Of a stretch of DNA of 64,000 nt, positions 23,895-33,452 are shown one piece after another. A model generated the notes under the pieces. The model ran no database searches and was not told the DNA's origin. It worked only from the letters and a program-made list of their open reading frames with translations. Made by a program: the position numbers and the translations under genes. The first letter of the stretch is position 1, and each line of letters starts with the position of its first letter. Source of the DNA: a virus; the IMG/VR virus record IMGVR_UViG_3300046804_000816, positions 12,274-76,273 of that record. The stretch is one strand, 5' to 3'.

Positions 23895-24325
23895 GTGATA
23901 AAGATCTTATAGAAGGAATCCATAAAGCATTCGAAGATATCGACGCAGAATATGCGAAGATGGCAGACGAGTGCGATCCCGATCTCAAACTGGCTGTGAC
24001 TAAATGGGTTATGAAGCACATCGTCGAGCATGCGCGCGATGGAGGCACCTATCGCTATCTTATCTACGATCGTTTAGGTTTCGATGAATCTGCGTATGTT
24101 CCGCTCTGCTCTGATGGAATGACTATCAGCAACGAATTTGATTTATCGTTGAAGAAAACTGTTGCCGATTGTTTAGAAAGAAACGACGTCGAAGCAGCAA
24201 AGCGAGCATTAGGTTTCTGTGATGAGCCAGGATGCTATAACAAAGCCAGTTGCGGATATCCTGTTGGCGAAAAGCAATATCGATATTCCTGCGGTGATCA
24301 CTACAGAATGTATGATAAAAAGTGA
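23891..24325 (+). CDS. Hypothetical protein with C-terminal Cys/His cluster
   Basis: GGTYRYLIYDRLGF; CDEPGC...C...C..H. Confidence 0.7.
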   Translation: MSDKDLIEGIHKAFEDIDAEYAKMADECDPDLKLAVTKWVMKHIVEHARDGGTYRYLIYDRLGFDESAYVPLCSDGMTISNEFDLSLKKTVADCLERNDVEAAKRALGFCDEPGCYNKASCGYPVGEKQYRYSCGDHYRMYDKK

Positions 24326-24540
24326 TGCGATACTACTCTTACAACGAATACGTTGAAGATCCTGATATCAACTCTGTGGTTACGGTATCAGAAGAAGACA
24401 TTCGCAGGGACTATTGGCCATTCTGGTATGGTAAGATGTGTGAGAAGTATGGAAAAGAGCATGTCGATGCAAATTACTCTTTTGAAGAATGTCTAGAAGA
24501 TTGGATTGTTGTAAATTGGGCGTGGGAGGTGAATGAATGA
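24322..24540 (+). CDS. Hypothetical protein
   Basis: CLEDWIVVNWAW motif. Confidence 0.7.
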   Translation: MMRYYSYNEYVEDPDINSVVTVSEEDIRRDYWPFWYGKMCEKYGKEHVDANYSFEECLEDWIVVNWAWEVNE

Positions 24541-24924
24541 GACTGAAAGACTCGTACAATCAAATGCTCGATCATCTAGAAAAGGAAGTTGAGAAATTCA
24601 TCCAGGATATTATTAGACTCGAGAAAGAAAATCTCGAACTGAAAGCGCGTGTGAAACAATTAGAAGAGGAACTGTCTAATGCTAAGTGATCTCGAACTTC
24701 TGGTCTGTCAGGATATGTTGGCTGCAGGCTATGATCCCACGTTGTGGGCTGATGTCGTGGAGTATTGGAATGAGTATCTGAATGTGGTGTATCTGGGCTA
24801 AAGCTCTCGGCGAAAAGGCTGGAAACGATGATAGAGAAGCAGACAGAATTGCACTCATTCGCACAGTCATCGTCTTGTGCTACATTATCACAAACATATT
24901 CATCGTCGCAGGAGTTATTAGACA

Positions 24925-25164
24925 TTGGTGAACAAGCCACTAGAATGGTGGGTCGAATGGGTTTCGACAGCCATATTGATTATTGGGGTAGGCCTAACAG
25001 CATGGAACATATATCCGCTGAACATATATCTTTCGCTCGCTGGAAACGTGGGCTGGTTTGTTGTTGGCTGGATGTGGCGTAAATATTCACTCTTGACAAT
25101 TCAGCTAATTGTTAGTATCATATATGTTGCTGGTCTGTTACAGCACTATGGAGTATGGTTATGA
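24925..25164 (+). CDS. Small multi-TM protein (PnuC/semiSWEET-like size)
   Basis: Three hydrophobic segments, IYPLN motif. Confidence 0.6.
   Translation: MVNKPLEWWVEWVSTAILIIGVGLTAWNIYPLNIYLSLAGNVGWFVVGWMWRKYSLLTIQLIVSIIYVAGLLQHYGVWL
25093..25121 (+). promoter_or_regulatory. Early sigma70 promoter (intragenic)
   Basis: TTGACA-17-TATCAT. Confidence 0.65.
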
Positions 25165-25826
25165 AGATTGGCATATTGTCCGATTTGCACATGTCGAGCG
25201 TTCGCCCTTGGGACTTTGAGCCTGAGGACGATGTGTTTTATATTTGTGCTGGTGATATCAGCGAGCAACACTTTTTTCGTGAAGAGTTCATTCGTAAACA
25301 CGCAGATCATATGTTCGCTATCCTCGGTAACCATGATTACTACGGCTCGACGTTCAGCGACGCATATATGCACTTGCTGACGCGGAATGTTGGTGATATC
25401 AAGATTGCTGGCGCTACGTTGTGGACCGATCTCTCGAAGCAACTCGACTGGGTTTATTATGTGAACGGGCTTATTGACTTCCGTTACATCAATGATCTCA
25501 ATCAGGAAGACATGATCGAGACTCACGCCTATCACAAGAAGTTTCTGCTGACAAGCGAAGCTGATATCATTGTGTCTCATCATACGCCTTCGCGCCGATC
25601 TGTTCACGAACGCTATCAGGGCGATCCCGTCAACGTATGCTTTGCGAATGATCTAGACAAAGACATCTTTACAATGCGCAAGCCACCGAAGCTGTGGATC
25701 CACGGACACACGCACGATCGTTTCGACTACATGATTGGCGATACGCGAGTGATCTGTCATCCGCGTGGTTATAAAGGTGAACACAGTGATCATGGTAGCT
25801 ACAAGCCATTGATCGTGGAGATTTGA
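25161..25826 (+). CDS. Calcineurin-like metallophosphoesterase
   Basis: SDLH, AGDI, GNHD, HH.P, HGHTH. Confidence 0.92.
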   Translation: MKIGILSDLHMSSVRPWDFEPEDDVFYICAGDISEQHFFREEFIRKHADHMFAILGNHDYYGSTFSDAYMHLLTRNVGDIKIAGATLWTDLSKQLDWVYYVNGLIDFRYINDLNQEDMIETHAYHKKFLLTSEADIIVSHHTPSRRSVHERYQGDPVNVCFANDLDKDIFTMRKPPKLWIHGHTHDRFDYMIGDTRVICHPRGYKGEHSDHGSYKPLIVEI

Positions 25827-25827
25827 C

Positions 25828-26358
25828 ATGAACAGATTTATTCTCGATAAAGATCCGCGCACTGCGGCTGAGTATCACTGCGACAAACACGTCGTCAAGA
25901 TGATTCTCGAAGAGTCACAGATGCTATCGACGGCGCATCGTATCATTGACGGCGTAGAAATTGTTGGCAAGTCTAAGACTGGTCGCAACGTGAAACGCTG
26001 GGTTCTGAACGATACTCGCAACGATAAGATCTATCAGGCTACACACGTCAACCACCCTTGCACCCAATGGTCGATGCAGACGAACAACAACTACACGTGG
26101 TCTGTGTTGTTATTGCGTTACTTGCTCGATGAGTATAAGTATCGCTACAACAAAGAACATAAATGCGAAGAGTTGTATCCTGTTCTAAGTCTGCTTCCCA
26201 GGAATATTAATATCGGACCGCTGACGCTGTTTCCGCAGGCTATGCCTGACGATTGTAAGCGCGATAATCCTGTAGACGGCTATCGCACATACTACATAGA
26301 ACATAAGAAGCGATTCGCAAAGTGGACAGGTCGTGAAATTCCAGATTGGTTTGTATGA
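25828..26358 (+). CDS. Pyrimidine-dimer DNA glycosylase (DenV-like family)
   Basis: HCDKHVVKMILE..QMLST, TH.NHPC..W, QAMPD, YR.YY. Confidence 0.75.
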   Translation: MNRFILDKDPRTAAEYHCDKHVVKMILEESQMLSTAHRIIDGVEIVGKSKTGRNVKRWVLNDTRNDKIYQATHVNHPCTQWSMQTNNNYTWSVLLLRYLLDEYKYRYNKEHKCEELYPVLSLLPRNINIGPLTLFPQAMPDDCKRDNPVDGYRTYYIEHKKRFAKWTGREIPDWFV

Positions 26359-26963
26359 AAAAGAATGATCATGTACTACATCCCCACATTCTAGTGGGTT
26401 CTGTATTCTCACCAGAAGAAATAGAAAAGATCCACGGATTGGTGGAGCAGTACGATCTGTATCATGGAAGGATCGGTGGGAAAGACACGCCGATTGAAGA
26501 AATCGAAAAGGTAAGAATATCAAACATTCGATTCTTCGAAAGAAATGGCAAAGCCGTATTTGATACGGAGTGGATCTTTGATCGCGTTGATGATGTTATC
26601 AAGCAAGTCAACGAAATGTATTTCGACTTCGAACTATACTCGTATCAGTCGTTTCAATATACGACGTATGAAGGAGAACGTAAGGGAACGTACAACTGGC
26701 ACATGGATAGTTTCACTGGAAGAACGAAAGAAGAAGATGAACGATATCCAAGAAAACTATCAATGTCGGTTTTTCTAAACGAAGATTATGAAGGCGGAGA
26801 ATTTGAAGTCTGCACGGGTAGTCAAGAAAGAGCTAAGAAGTTCAAAGGAAAACCCGGAGACGCAATTGTGTTCCCTTCCTTTATGATTCATCGAGTAGCC
26901 CCCGTGACCAAAGGAACTAGAAAGTCATTGGTTGTTTGGGTTGAAGGGCCTAGATGGAAATAA
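26355..26963 (+). CDS. 2OG-Fe(II) oxygenase
   Basis: YNWHMD, RKLSMS, YEGGEF, FPSFMIHRV.PVTKGTRKSLV.W. Confidence 0.92.
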   Translation: MKKNDHVLHPHILVGSVFSPEEIEKIHGLVEQYDLYHGRIGGKDTPIEEIEKVRISNIRFFERNGKAVFDTEWIFDRVDDVIKQVNEMYFDFELYSYQSFQYTTYEGERKGTYNWHMDSFTGRTKEEDERYPRKLSMSVFLNEDYEGGEFEVCTGSQERAKKFKGKPGDAIVFPSFMIHRVAPVTKGTRKSLVVWVEGPRWK

Positions 26964-26978
26964 TAGTGGAGGACGAAC

Positions 26979-27197
26979 GTGTTTATCAAGCTAACAAATA
27001 CAGTCGAGCAATACAAAGGTGATCCTATCTGGATCAATGCAGACAACATAGTTGCTGTGTATGAATGGTCTAAGATTCCTGGTGGAAGCCTTGTCACGTT
27101 CATCTACGGTTCTACAGGCGTAACGTGGGAAGTCGAAGAAACTGCTGGACAAGTTCTAAAACTGATCGAGTTACATAATCAAATCAAAACGCGATAA
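26979..27197 (+). CDS. FlbD-like small protein
   Basis: FIKLT......IWINAD.I..V...V.ET..QV. Confidence 0.55.
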   Translation: MFIKLTNTVEQYKGDPIWINADNIVAVYEWSKIPGGSLVTFIYGSTGVTWEVEETAGQVLKLIELHNQIKTR

Positions 27198-27209
27198 GGT
27201 ACATACATC

Positions 27210-27896
27210 ATGAACACCGCGAAGATTATTGGAATTACCAAGCCTACTGGTATTTGGATAGATCATCTGAAGCCAGATGAACTTATCGCTTATGTTGCGC
27301 GAGTGAGTAATCCAGGCAATCAAATGAACACTGAGACTGCGCCGAAGCTGCTACGCTATCTTGCGAAGCATAAGCATTGGTCGCCGTTTGAGATGGTCAA
27401 CATTGTGATGGAAATCGAAACGACACGCGACATTGCTCGTCAGATTCTTCGTCATCGTTCATTCTCATTCCAAGAGTTCTCACAGCGTTATGCTGATCCT
27501 ACCAAAGATCTTGGCTTTGAACTTCGTGAAGCTCGCTTGCAAGATACGAAGAATCGTCAGAACTCGGTAGAGATTAGTCCTGCAGAAAGCGAGAGTGCAG
27601 CTAATCTCATCAGCGAATGGGAGGACTATCAATCGACAGTCCTTGACGAAGCTAGAATTGCGTATGCTTGGGCTATTCAGAACGGTATCGCCAAGGAACA
27701 GGCTCGCGCTGTTCTACCTGAAGGCTTGACTGTTTCCCGTATGTACATGAACGGGACGCTGCGTTCCTGGATCCATTACTGTGAGCTGCGTATGGCTAAT
27801 GGCACCCAGAAAGAGCATCAGCTCGTAGCTAAGTCTGCATGGGAACAAATCGTGAAAGAATTTCCTTCCCTTGAGCAAATCCTAGAAAATAACTAA
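27210..27896 (+). CDS. thyX: Flavin-dependent thymidylate synthase
   Basis: HWSPFE, RHRSFSFQEFSQRY signature, AKEQARAVLP. Confidence 0.97.
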   Translation: MNTAKIIGITKPTGIWIDHLKPDELIAYVARVSNPGNQMNTETAPKLLRYLAKHKHWSPFEMVNIVMEIETTRDIARQILRHRSFSFQEFSQRYADPTKDLGFELREARLQDTKNRQNSVEISPAESESAANLISEWEDYQSTVLDEARIAYAWAIQNGIAKEQARAVLPEGLTVSRMYMNGTLRSWIHYCELRMANGTQKEHQLVAKSAWEQIVKEFPSLEQILENN

Positions 27897-27908
27897 ATAA
27901 AGGATAAG

Positions 27909-28142
27909 ATGCCAAAGTACACATTCGAGAATACTGAAACAGGCGAAGTCTACGAAGACTTCATGAGCATCTCTGCGATGGAAACCCTTCTCGCGGAAAA
28001 TCCTCACATCAAACAAATCATCGGCGCTCCCCTTATTGTTACGGGCGTAGCTTCTGGTCGTAATAAGCCAGACAGCGGATTCCGTGACATTCTGAAGACT
28101 ATCAAGAAGCGTCATCCACGTTCAACTGTCAACACATTCTAG
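27909..28142 (+). CDS. FmdB-like small regulatory protein
   Basis: MPKYTF.N..TGE; typical upstream of phoH in myoviruses. Confidence 0.7.
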   Translation: MPKYTFENTETGEVYEDFMSISAMETLLAENPHIKQIIGAPLIVTGVASGRNKPDSGFRDILKTIKKRHPRSTVNTF

Positions 28143-28211
28143 GAGGTAACACGGTCCAGAACTCGTTCTCGTTTTCGTAATGTTCCCTACAACAACAACA
28201 GCGGAGCAGAT

Positions 28212-28994
28212 ATGATACCTAAATCGGTAGCTGCAATCATAGACGAAAAATTCTTTGAAGAAGAAGCAAATAAGTATTTGACGAGAAAAGAACGAAAGCA
28301 AAAAAAGAAATCGAAAGGCACAGCGTATCGACAACCTGTGCTTCCGACAATTGACCGTGTTACACCAAAGACAGCTGCCCAACGTAAAGTCGTAGAAGCG
28401 TTTGATTCCGACAAGAATCTGATTCTACATGGCTGCGCAGGAACAGGCAAAACATTTCTTGCTCTGTATCTTGCTATGAATTCTATGCTCAATGGTGAGT
28501 CGCCGCGCCCTATCGTAATACTACGAAGCGTGGTGCCGACCCGTGATATCGGATTCCTGCCAGGATCAGTTAGAGATAAAGCTGCTGCGTACGAAGGACC
28601 GTATCAAGGCATTATATCTGAGATCTGCGATAAGCCCTACGAATGGCTGAAGCAGAACGGATACATTCAGTTTGATACAACGTCGTTTCTGCGTGGTATG
28701 ACATTCCGCGATAATATCATTATCGTCGATGAGTGTCAAAATCTTAGCGATCATGAAATCCATACTGTCATGACTCGCGTTGGTGAAGGATGTCGCGTTA
28801 TCTTCTGCGGCGACTTTACGCAAAAGGACTATACTCGTGAAGGATCTGGTATGAACAACTTGCTCAAAATTGCAAGTCAAATGAAATCGTTTGAGATTGT
28901 GAAGTTTGATAAGCAAGATGTCGTGCGTTCGGGGTTCGTGCGGGAATATATACTAACACGCACAGAACTTGAAGAACGTGGAATGATAACTTGA
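28212..28994 (+). CDS. phoH: PhoH-like ATPase
   Basis: GCAGTGKT, IGFLPG, FLRGMT, DECQN, TRVG, GDFTQ.D, VVRS. Confidence 0.95.
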   Translation: MIPKSVAAIIDEKFFEEEANKYLTRKERKQKKKSKGTAYRQPVLPTIDRVTPKTAAQRKVVEAFDSDKNLILHGCAGTGKTFLALYLAMNSMLNGESPRPIVILRSVVPTRDIGFLPGSVRDKAAAYEGPYQGIISEICDKPYEWLKQNGYIQFDTTSFLRGMTFRDNIIIVDECQNLSDHEIHTVMTRVGEGCRVIFCGDFTQKDYTREGSGMNNLLKIASQMKSFEIVKFDKQDVVRSGFVREYILTRTELEERGMIT

Positions 28995-29686
28995 GATTTG
29001 ATCATAGTCCTCATATAGATTTACCAAGAGCAAAGCAAATCAACACACCATCGGGGCGTCGCTATCAGACCCCCGATGGAAACGTATATCCTTCAATCAC
29101 TACAGTTTTGGGCGATCAGCCTGAGAAGAAGAAAGCCATTGCCGAGTGGCGTGCTCGCGTTGGTGCAGAAGAAGCAAACAAGATCAGCTCGCAAGCTGCT
29201 AGGCGTGGCACCGATCTTCATAATCTCATGGAAAAGTATATTCTAGGAGACGAGATTGATGCAAAGAAAATCATCCCTTCGACCCTCGCACGTTTTCGTC
29301 CTGTTCAAAAATGTTTGGACGACAATCTACAACTTGTGTATGCGTCTGAAACACCGATGTTCTCAGACATTCTCCGCATCGCGGGGACAGCAGACCTAAT
29401 CTGTGAGTGGAATGGAGAAGTGACCGTTGTCGATTTCAAGACAGCCACGAAGATGAAGACAGCCAGCATGATCACCGATTACTTCTTGCAGGCTACAGCC
29501 TATTCGATTATGTTCGAAGAGCATACTGGTATCGAATGTCATCACTTCGCCATTCTTATGATTTCTGACGAAGGCGAGTTCCAAGTATTTCCAGGGCGTC
29601 GTAATGATTATGTTCGCGATCTTATTCGCGTGAGGGATCAATACGAATGGAGGAAAAGTCTTGACAACCAGAGCAAAGCCAGCTAG
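28991..29686 (+). CDS. PD-(D/E)XK Cas4-like exonuclease
   Basis: YPSITTVL, RGT..H, AGTAD, DFKT, YFLQ..AY. Confidence 0.9.
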   Translation: MRFDHSPHIDLPRAKQINTPSGRRYQTPDGNVYPSITTVLGDQPEKKKAIAEWRARVGAEEANKISSQAARRGTDLHNLMEKYILGDEIDAKKIIPSTLARFRPVQKCLDDNLQLVYASETPMFSDILRIAGTADLICEWNGEVTVVDFKTATKMKTASMITDYFLQATAYSIMFEEHTGIECHHFAILMISDEGEFQVFPGRRNDYVRDLIRVRDQYEWRKSLDNQSKAS

Positions 29687-29689
29687 AAT
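29661..29689 (+). promoter_or_regulatory. Early sigma70 promoter for tmRNA
   Basis: TTGACA-17-TAGAAT. Confidence 0.8.
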
Positions 29690-29696
29690 AAATAAT

Positions 29697-29971
29697 ATGC
29701 TGAGGTCGTTGAGGCGTAAGAAATAAGCGGATCGGACGCGAGGGCAGTACTCGCCGCCTCCACCATGGATACATCGAGAACCCAATATCGGTTCGCAAGA
29801 TAAGATGATGGCTATTGTCGGTGTATCTTTGATGGGGGCGAAATAGGATCGACGGACGTAATAAAGTTGCGAAGAGACCAAAAGCAACGTTTAGATGCAA
29901 ACGATAATGCACCATCTTACGCCCTAGCTGCGTAAACGAGCACGGGAGGCGCTTAGGAACAGAAGCCTCCC
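29697..29971 (+). ncRNA. ssrA: Two-piece (permuted) tmRNA, tag ANDNAPSYALAA
   Basis: Acceptor piece with GGCAGTAC T-loop ending CGCCTCCACCA (29765) precedes coding piece GGGGGCGAAATAGGATCGAC (29834); tag frame 29897-29935; GGCGTAAGA pairs with TCTTACGCC. Confidence 0.93.
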
Positions 29972-29993
29972 ACTCCCACAATCGAGGTGATTT

Positions 29994-30218
29994 ATGACTG
30001 ATGACAAGATGATTCGCTTTTCCGTTCTTCAAATGGCTCAAGCTATGTGCGATCAGGAATTCCTTTTCGCAGCTGAACGCGGCGGCGAACAGAAACCATT
30101 TCCAACAACACAGGACGTTATTCGTAAGGCTAGCGAGCTTATGACTTTCGTTGACGACATTCCCGATCCGATGGTGAAGAATGTTACTCAGCTCTTGACG
30201 GAACACAGCGGCAAGTGA
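29994..30218 (+). CDS. Hypothetical protein
   Basis: GAGGT SD; IR...LQMA...FPT..DVI.KA.EL..FV. Confidence 0.7.
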   Translation: MTDDKMIRFSVLQMAQAMCDQEFLFAAERGGEQKPFPTTQDVIRKASELMTFVDDIPDPMVKNVTQLLTEHSGK

Positions 30219-30221
30219 GCT

Positions 30222-30560
30222 ATGAATATCTCTACCAAATATGACATCGGTCATACGTTCTGGGTTCCTCGCGTCTATAAGCAGACAGAGAAGCAAGAAC
30301 TTGTGTGGGAAGGCGAAACGTGGTACAAAGATGTGGAAGTCTATGTGCCATTCGCCCGTCTTAAAAAGATTGTGTGTATTGAGATTCGTGTTGGTCGCAA
30401 GACCGTTATCATGTATGGCGTGAAGAACATCGGTGATGATATGGAGAACGAACTTACTCAGTATCATCAGGAAGAAAACATCAACAATTATACCGAAGAA
30501 CAAGCCCTCGCGATCGCGCGTGAGTATGCAGACGTTGGTAAAACATACTACGGAAATTGA
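30222..30560 (+). CDS. Hypothetical protein
   Basis: TKYDIG motif; stop abuts tRNA-Gln. Confidence 0.7.
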   Translation: MNISTKYDIGHTFWVPRVYKQTEKQELVWEGETWYKDVEVYVPFARLKKIVCIEIRVGRKTVIMYGVKNIGDDMENELTQYHQEENINNYTEEQALAIAREYADVGKTYYGN

Positions 30561-30636
30561 TCGGGGTTAGTTCAATTGGTAGAACAGCGGACTTTGAATC
30601 CGTAGGTTGGTGGTTCGATCCCATCACCCCGAACCA
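30561..30636 (+). tRNA. tRNA-Gln(TTG)
   Basis: GCGGA-CT-TTG-AA-TCCGT, U1-A72, CCA. Confidence 0.9.
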
Positions 30637-30651
30637 CTCTTGGAGTTTGTT

Positions 30652-31260
30652 ATGAAAGTCTATATCGGTCCGTATCGTCTCGATCACATTCGAATGTATT
30701 CTTTCTTCGACGATTATATGTCGTGGAAGCATAAGAAACCATACTGGTCTATTGACGACGAAGAATACACCAAAATCGATAAGCTCCTAGAAAAGTTCTT
30801 CGATATTCTGCAGGAAATTGCAGACGCAACTATCAACAAGATTCTTGCAAAACTGGAGCGCAAGATCAAAGTTCGCATAGATCCTTACGATGTGTGGAGT
30901 ATGGATAATACTCTGGCATATATTATTCATCCTATGCTCGTTCAGCTCAAAGAGCAAAAGCACGGCGGACCGTTTGTAGCTGATGAGGATGTTCCTGAGC
31001 ATCTTCGTAGCGTTTCCGCTCCTCCCAAGGAAAATGAATGGGATATTGACGCATTTCACTTTGATCGTTGGGATTGGGTTCTTGACGAAATGATCTGGAC
31101 GTTCAAGACTCTGAATGAAGACTGGAGTAGTCAGTTCTACACTCCTTCAGGTAAATTCATGGAAGGTGAATTCGACGCTGAAGGTCGTCAGAAAATGCAA
31201 GATCGTATCGACAACGGACTTCGTCTCTTTGGCAAATATTATCAATCACTGTGGGACTAA
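30652..31260 (+). CDS. Conserved phage hypothetical protein
   Basis: MKVYIGPY, D.WSMD.TLA.II.PML.QLK, GL.LFGKYY..LWD. Confidence 0.8.
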   Translation: MKVYIGPYRLDHIRMYSFFDDYMSWKHKKPYWSIDDEEYTKIDKLLEKFFDILQEIADATINKILAKLERKIKVRIDPYDVWSMDNTLAYIIHPMLVQLKEQKHGGPFVADEDVPEHLRSVSAPPKENEWDIDAFHFDRWDWVLDEMIWTFKTLNEDWSSQFYTPSGKFMEGEFDAEGRQKMQDRIDNGLRLFGKYYQSLWD

Positions 31261-31262
31261 AC

Positions 31263-32075
31263 ATGAGCTTCTATGAAAACTGTGGGAACGATAAGCATCT
31301 AAGTATTATCGCTGGTCCTTGTGTGTTTGAGTCTAAGGATCATGCAGTCGAGACTGCGACTGCTCTGAAAGAAATGTGTGACACATTAAAAGTCAACTTC
31401 ATTTATAAGACCTCTTTCGATAAAGCGAATCGAAGCTCTGCGGATAGTTACAGAAGTGCGGGTTTCGACGAGGCGTTTTACGGAATGGAGGCCGTCCGTG
31501 CTCGTGGCATCGAGGTTATCACGGACGTTCACGATCCATGGCATTGTGAACAAGTGCAGGCTGACATTCTTCAGATCCCTGCGTTCCTTTGTCGTCAGAC
31601 TGATCTCATTCGCGCAGCAGCAGAAAGCGGTAAGCCTGTAAACGTGAAGAAAGGTCAGTTCCTCTCGCCACAAGAGATGAAGAACGTAGCCGAGAAGCTA
31701 AAGAAGTTTGGCTGCACTCAGTATATGTTCACTGAACGTGGCACAACGTTTGGTTATAACAATCTCGTCGTTGATATGCGTTCATTAGAAATCATGAAGC
31801 AATACACAGACAACGTTGTTATGGATTGTACGCACGCAGTGCAGCTTCCTGGCGGCAACGGCACGAGTTCTGGCGGACAGCGTCAGTTCGTCACTACGAT
31901 GGCTCGCGCTGCTGTTGCTGTTGGCGTTTCTGCATTATTCATGGAAGTTCATAACGATCCTGACAACGCGCCTAGCGATGGTCCGAATATGATTCGTCTT
32001 GACAACTTCGAGAAAGTATTATATGATTTAGTAGAGTTGGATATTGTATCTAAACGGAGTTTGATTCGTGGGTAA
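31263..32075 (+). CDS. kdsA: KDO-8-phosphate synthase
   Basis: IAGPCVFE, SFDKANRSS, QIPAFLCRQTD, NVKKGQF, ERGTTFGYNNLVVD, D.THAVQ.PGG, SDGPN. Confidence 0.96.
   Translation: MSFYENCGNDKHLSIIAGPCVFESKDHAVETATALKEMCDTLKVNFIYKTSFDKANRSSADSYRSAGFDEAFYGMEAVRARGIEVITDVHDPWHCEQVQADILQIPAFLCRQTDLIRAAAESGKPVNVKKGQFLSPQEMKNVAEKLKKFGCTQYMFTERGTTFGYNNLVVDMRSLEIMKQYTDNVVMDCTHAVQLPGGNGTSSGGQRQFVTTMARAAVAVGVSALFMEVHNDPDNAPSDGPNMIRLDNFEKVLYDLVELDIVSKRSLIRG
31999..32027 (+). promoter_or_regulatory. Early sigma70 promoter inside kdsA
   Basis: TTGACA-17-TATGAT upstream of cupin-gp33-gp59. Confidence 0.65.
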
Positions 32076-32547
32076 CATTACAGGAAAAGTCTGGGGTGAT
32101 ACGAGCGTTCTCATTCAGAACGCAGTCGTCGAACTTCACAAGATTAACGTCAACGCAGGATTTAAATGCTCGGAGCATAAACATGCACACAAGTGGAACG
32201 GATTCTACGTCATCAGCGGAGTGCTGGAAATCCATGTACGAAAGAATGATTACGCCCTCACTGACGTCACTGTTCTTAGAGCCGGTGATTTTACCACTGT
32301 GCGTCCTGGCGAGTATCATTGGTTCAAATGTGTTGAAGATTGTGTCGCATTAGAACTCTATTACCCCGAGACACTCTCTGAAGATATTCAACGCCGCAGC
32401 GTTGGTGGAGCAGTAGAAACCGAGTCGCCCTGCGTAAAGATCTGTAAGTTGGATCCCGTAACAGGGCGCTGCATCGGATGTGATCGCACCATTGAAGATA
32501 TCCAAGACTACGGTCTCAAGCATACACCCGAAGGATACGATAAGTGA
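32068..32547 (+). CDS. Cupin fused to DUF1289-like Cys cluster
   Basis: CSEHKH..K.NGF.V.SG, PGEYH.F; C-terminal SPCVKICKLD....CIGC.RT. Confidence 0.8.
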   Translation: MGNITGKVWGDTSVLIQNAVVELHKINVNAGFKCSEHKHAHKWNGFYVISGVLEIHVRKNDYALTDVTVLRAGDFTTVRPGEYHWFKCVEDCVALELYYPETLSEDIQRRSVGGAVETESPCVKICKLDPVTGRCIGCDRTIEDIQDYGLKHTPEGYDK

Positions 32548-32783
32548 CAGACACAACAGTCGCGAGCATTATGAGCTCAAACACATTTTGTTCTATGGTT
32601 GAACTGCGTATCAATGAAAAGGGTATGAGCTATCTGGAAGCAATTACTGACGTATGTGAAAAGACTGGGCTTGAGTTTGAGAACGTATCTAAGCTGATGA
32701 CGCCTACGATGCGTAAGTTGCTTCAGTCAGAAGCTATGTCACTCAATCTACTCAAGCGCACTGGTTCACGATTGCCGATTTAA
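32544..32783 (+). CDS. gp33: Late transcription coactivator gp33
   Basis: F...VE.....SYLEAI..VCE....E......EA..LNLLK...LP; synteny with gp59, gp32. Confidence 0.85.
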   Translation: MTDTTVASIMSSNTFCSMVELRINEKGMSYLEAITDVCEKTGLEFENVSKLMTPTMRKLLQSEAMSLNLLKRTGSRLPI

Positions 32784-33379
32784 TGGAAGGCATGAAAGCA
32801 TACAGTCGCTACCAAGCACTGAAGCTGCACTTCACTAGCGACTACGACTTCATCAAATATGGCGGCAAGATTCGCAAGATCAGCGAAGAGTCGTTCCTCA
32901 AGCGCAAAGATCAATATCTCTTTCGCAAACTGGAACGCAAATACAATGACGAAGAACTTACCGACTTCTTCGTAGCTAACTTCGTTTCAAAGGCTGGCGT
33001 TCGTTGGGTCGGTGAGATGAATGGTCCTGAGTCTGAGAAGATATATTTGAATTGGCTGAAACGAATAGAAGCCTTTTCATATTATCTGAAGCAAGATTTG
33101 GAAACCATTCTAGATAATTGTAATAATAGTGCAAGCCGAATTCTTCTTGTAGAATCAACTCATCCAGTTCTGCTGAAGATGTATATGTCAGGTAAGATCG
33201 CAGCCGAAACGATCATCGCATTTGATATCGCCTTCGATATTCTTGACAAGTGGAACAAAGAGATCGACGACGTGATCGTATGGCCTGAGTTCTACAAGCA
33301 ACTTACCAAGTATCGTCCCTTCATTAGGATTGATAAGGCGGCGATAAAAAAAGTTATGCGCGATGTATTTTCGTCTTGA
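32783..33379 (+). CDS. gp59: Helicase loader gp59
   Basis: Y.ALKLHFT..YDF.KY.GK, F.KRKD.Y.F.KL. Confidence 0.9.
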   Translation: MEGMKAYSRYQALKLHFTSDYDFIKYGGKIRKISEESFLKRKDQYLFRKLERKYNDEELTDFFVANFVSKAGVRWVGEMNGPESEKIYLNWLKRIEAFSYYLKQDLETILDNCNNSASRILLVESTHPVLLKMYMSGKIAAETIIAFDIAFDILDKWNKEIDDVIVWPEFYKQLTKYRPFIRIDKAAIKKVMRDVFSS

Positions 33380-33404
33380 CAACGCGCTATATAACATATA
33401 TCAT
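33376..33404 (+). promoter_or_regulatory. Early sigma70 promoter for gp32
   Basis: TTGACA-17-TATCAT. Confidence 0.75.
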
Positions 33405-33452
33405 GAATAATGTGGATAAGACGTAAGACACAAAACATACGGAGACATACAC

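Noticed and set aside
8325-26963. The two small 2OG-Fe(II) oxygenases as DNA modifiers
   Set aside because: Motifs are of the common prolyl-hydroxylase-like phage type, not TET/JBP or AlkB
28991-29686. Cas4-like nuclease suggesting a CRISPR system
   Set aside because: No repeat-spacer array or other cas genes seen; this exonuclease routinely follows phoH in myoviruses
29396-30503. Long minus-strand ORFs (163 and 293 aa)
   Set aside because: Antisense to tmRNA and well-supported plus-strand genes; no motifs
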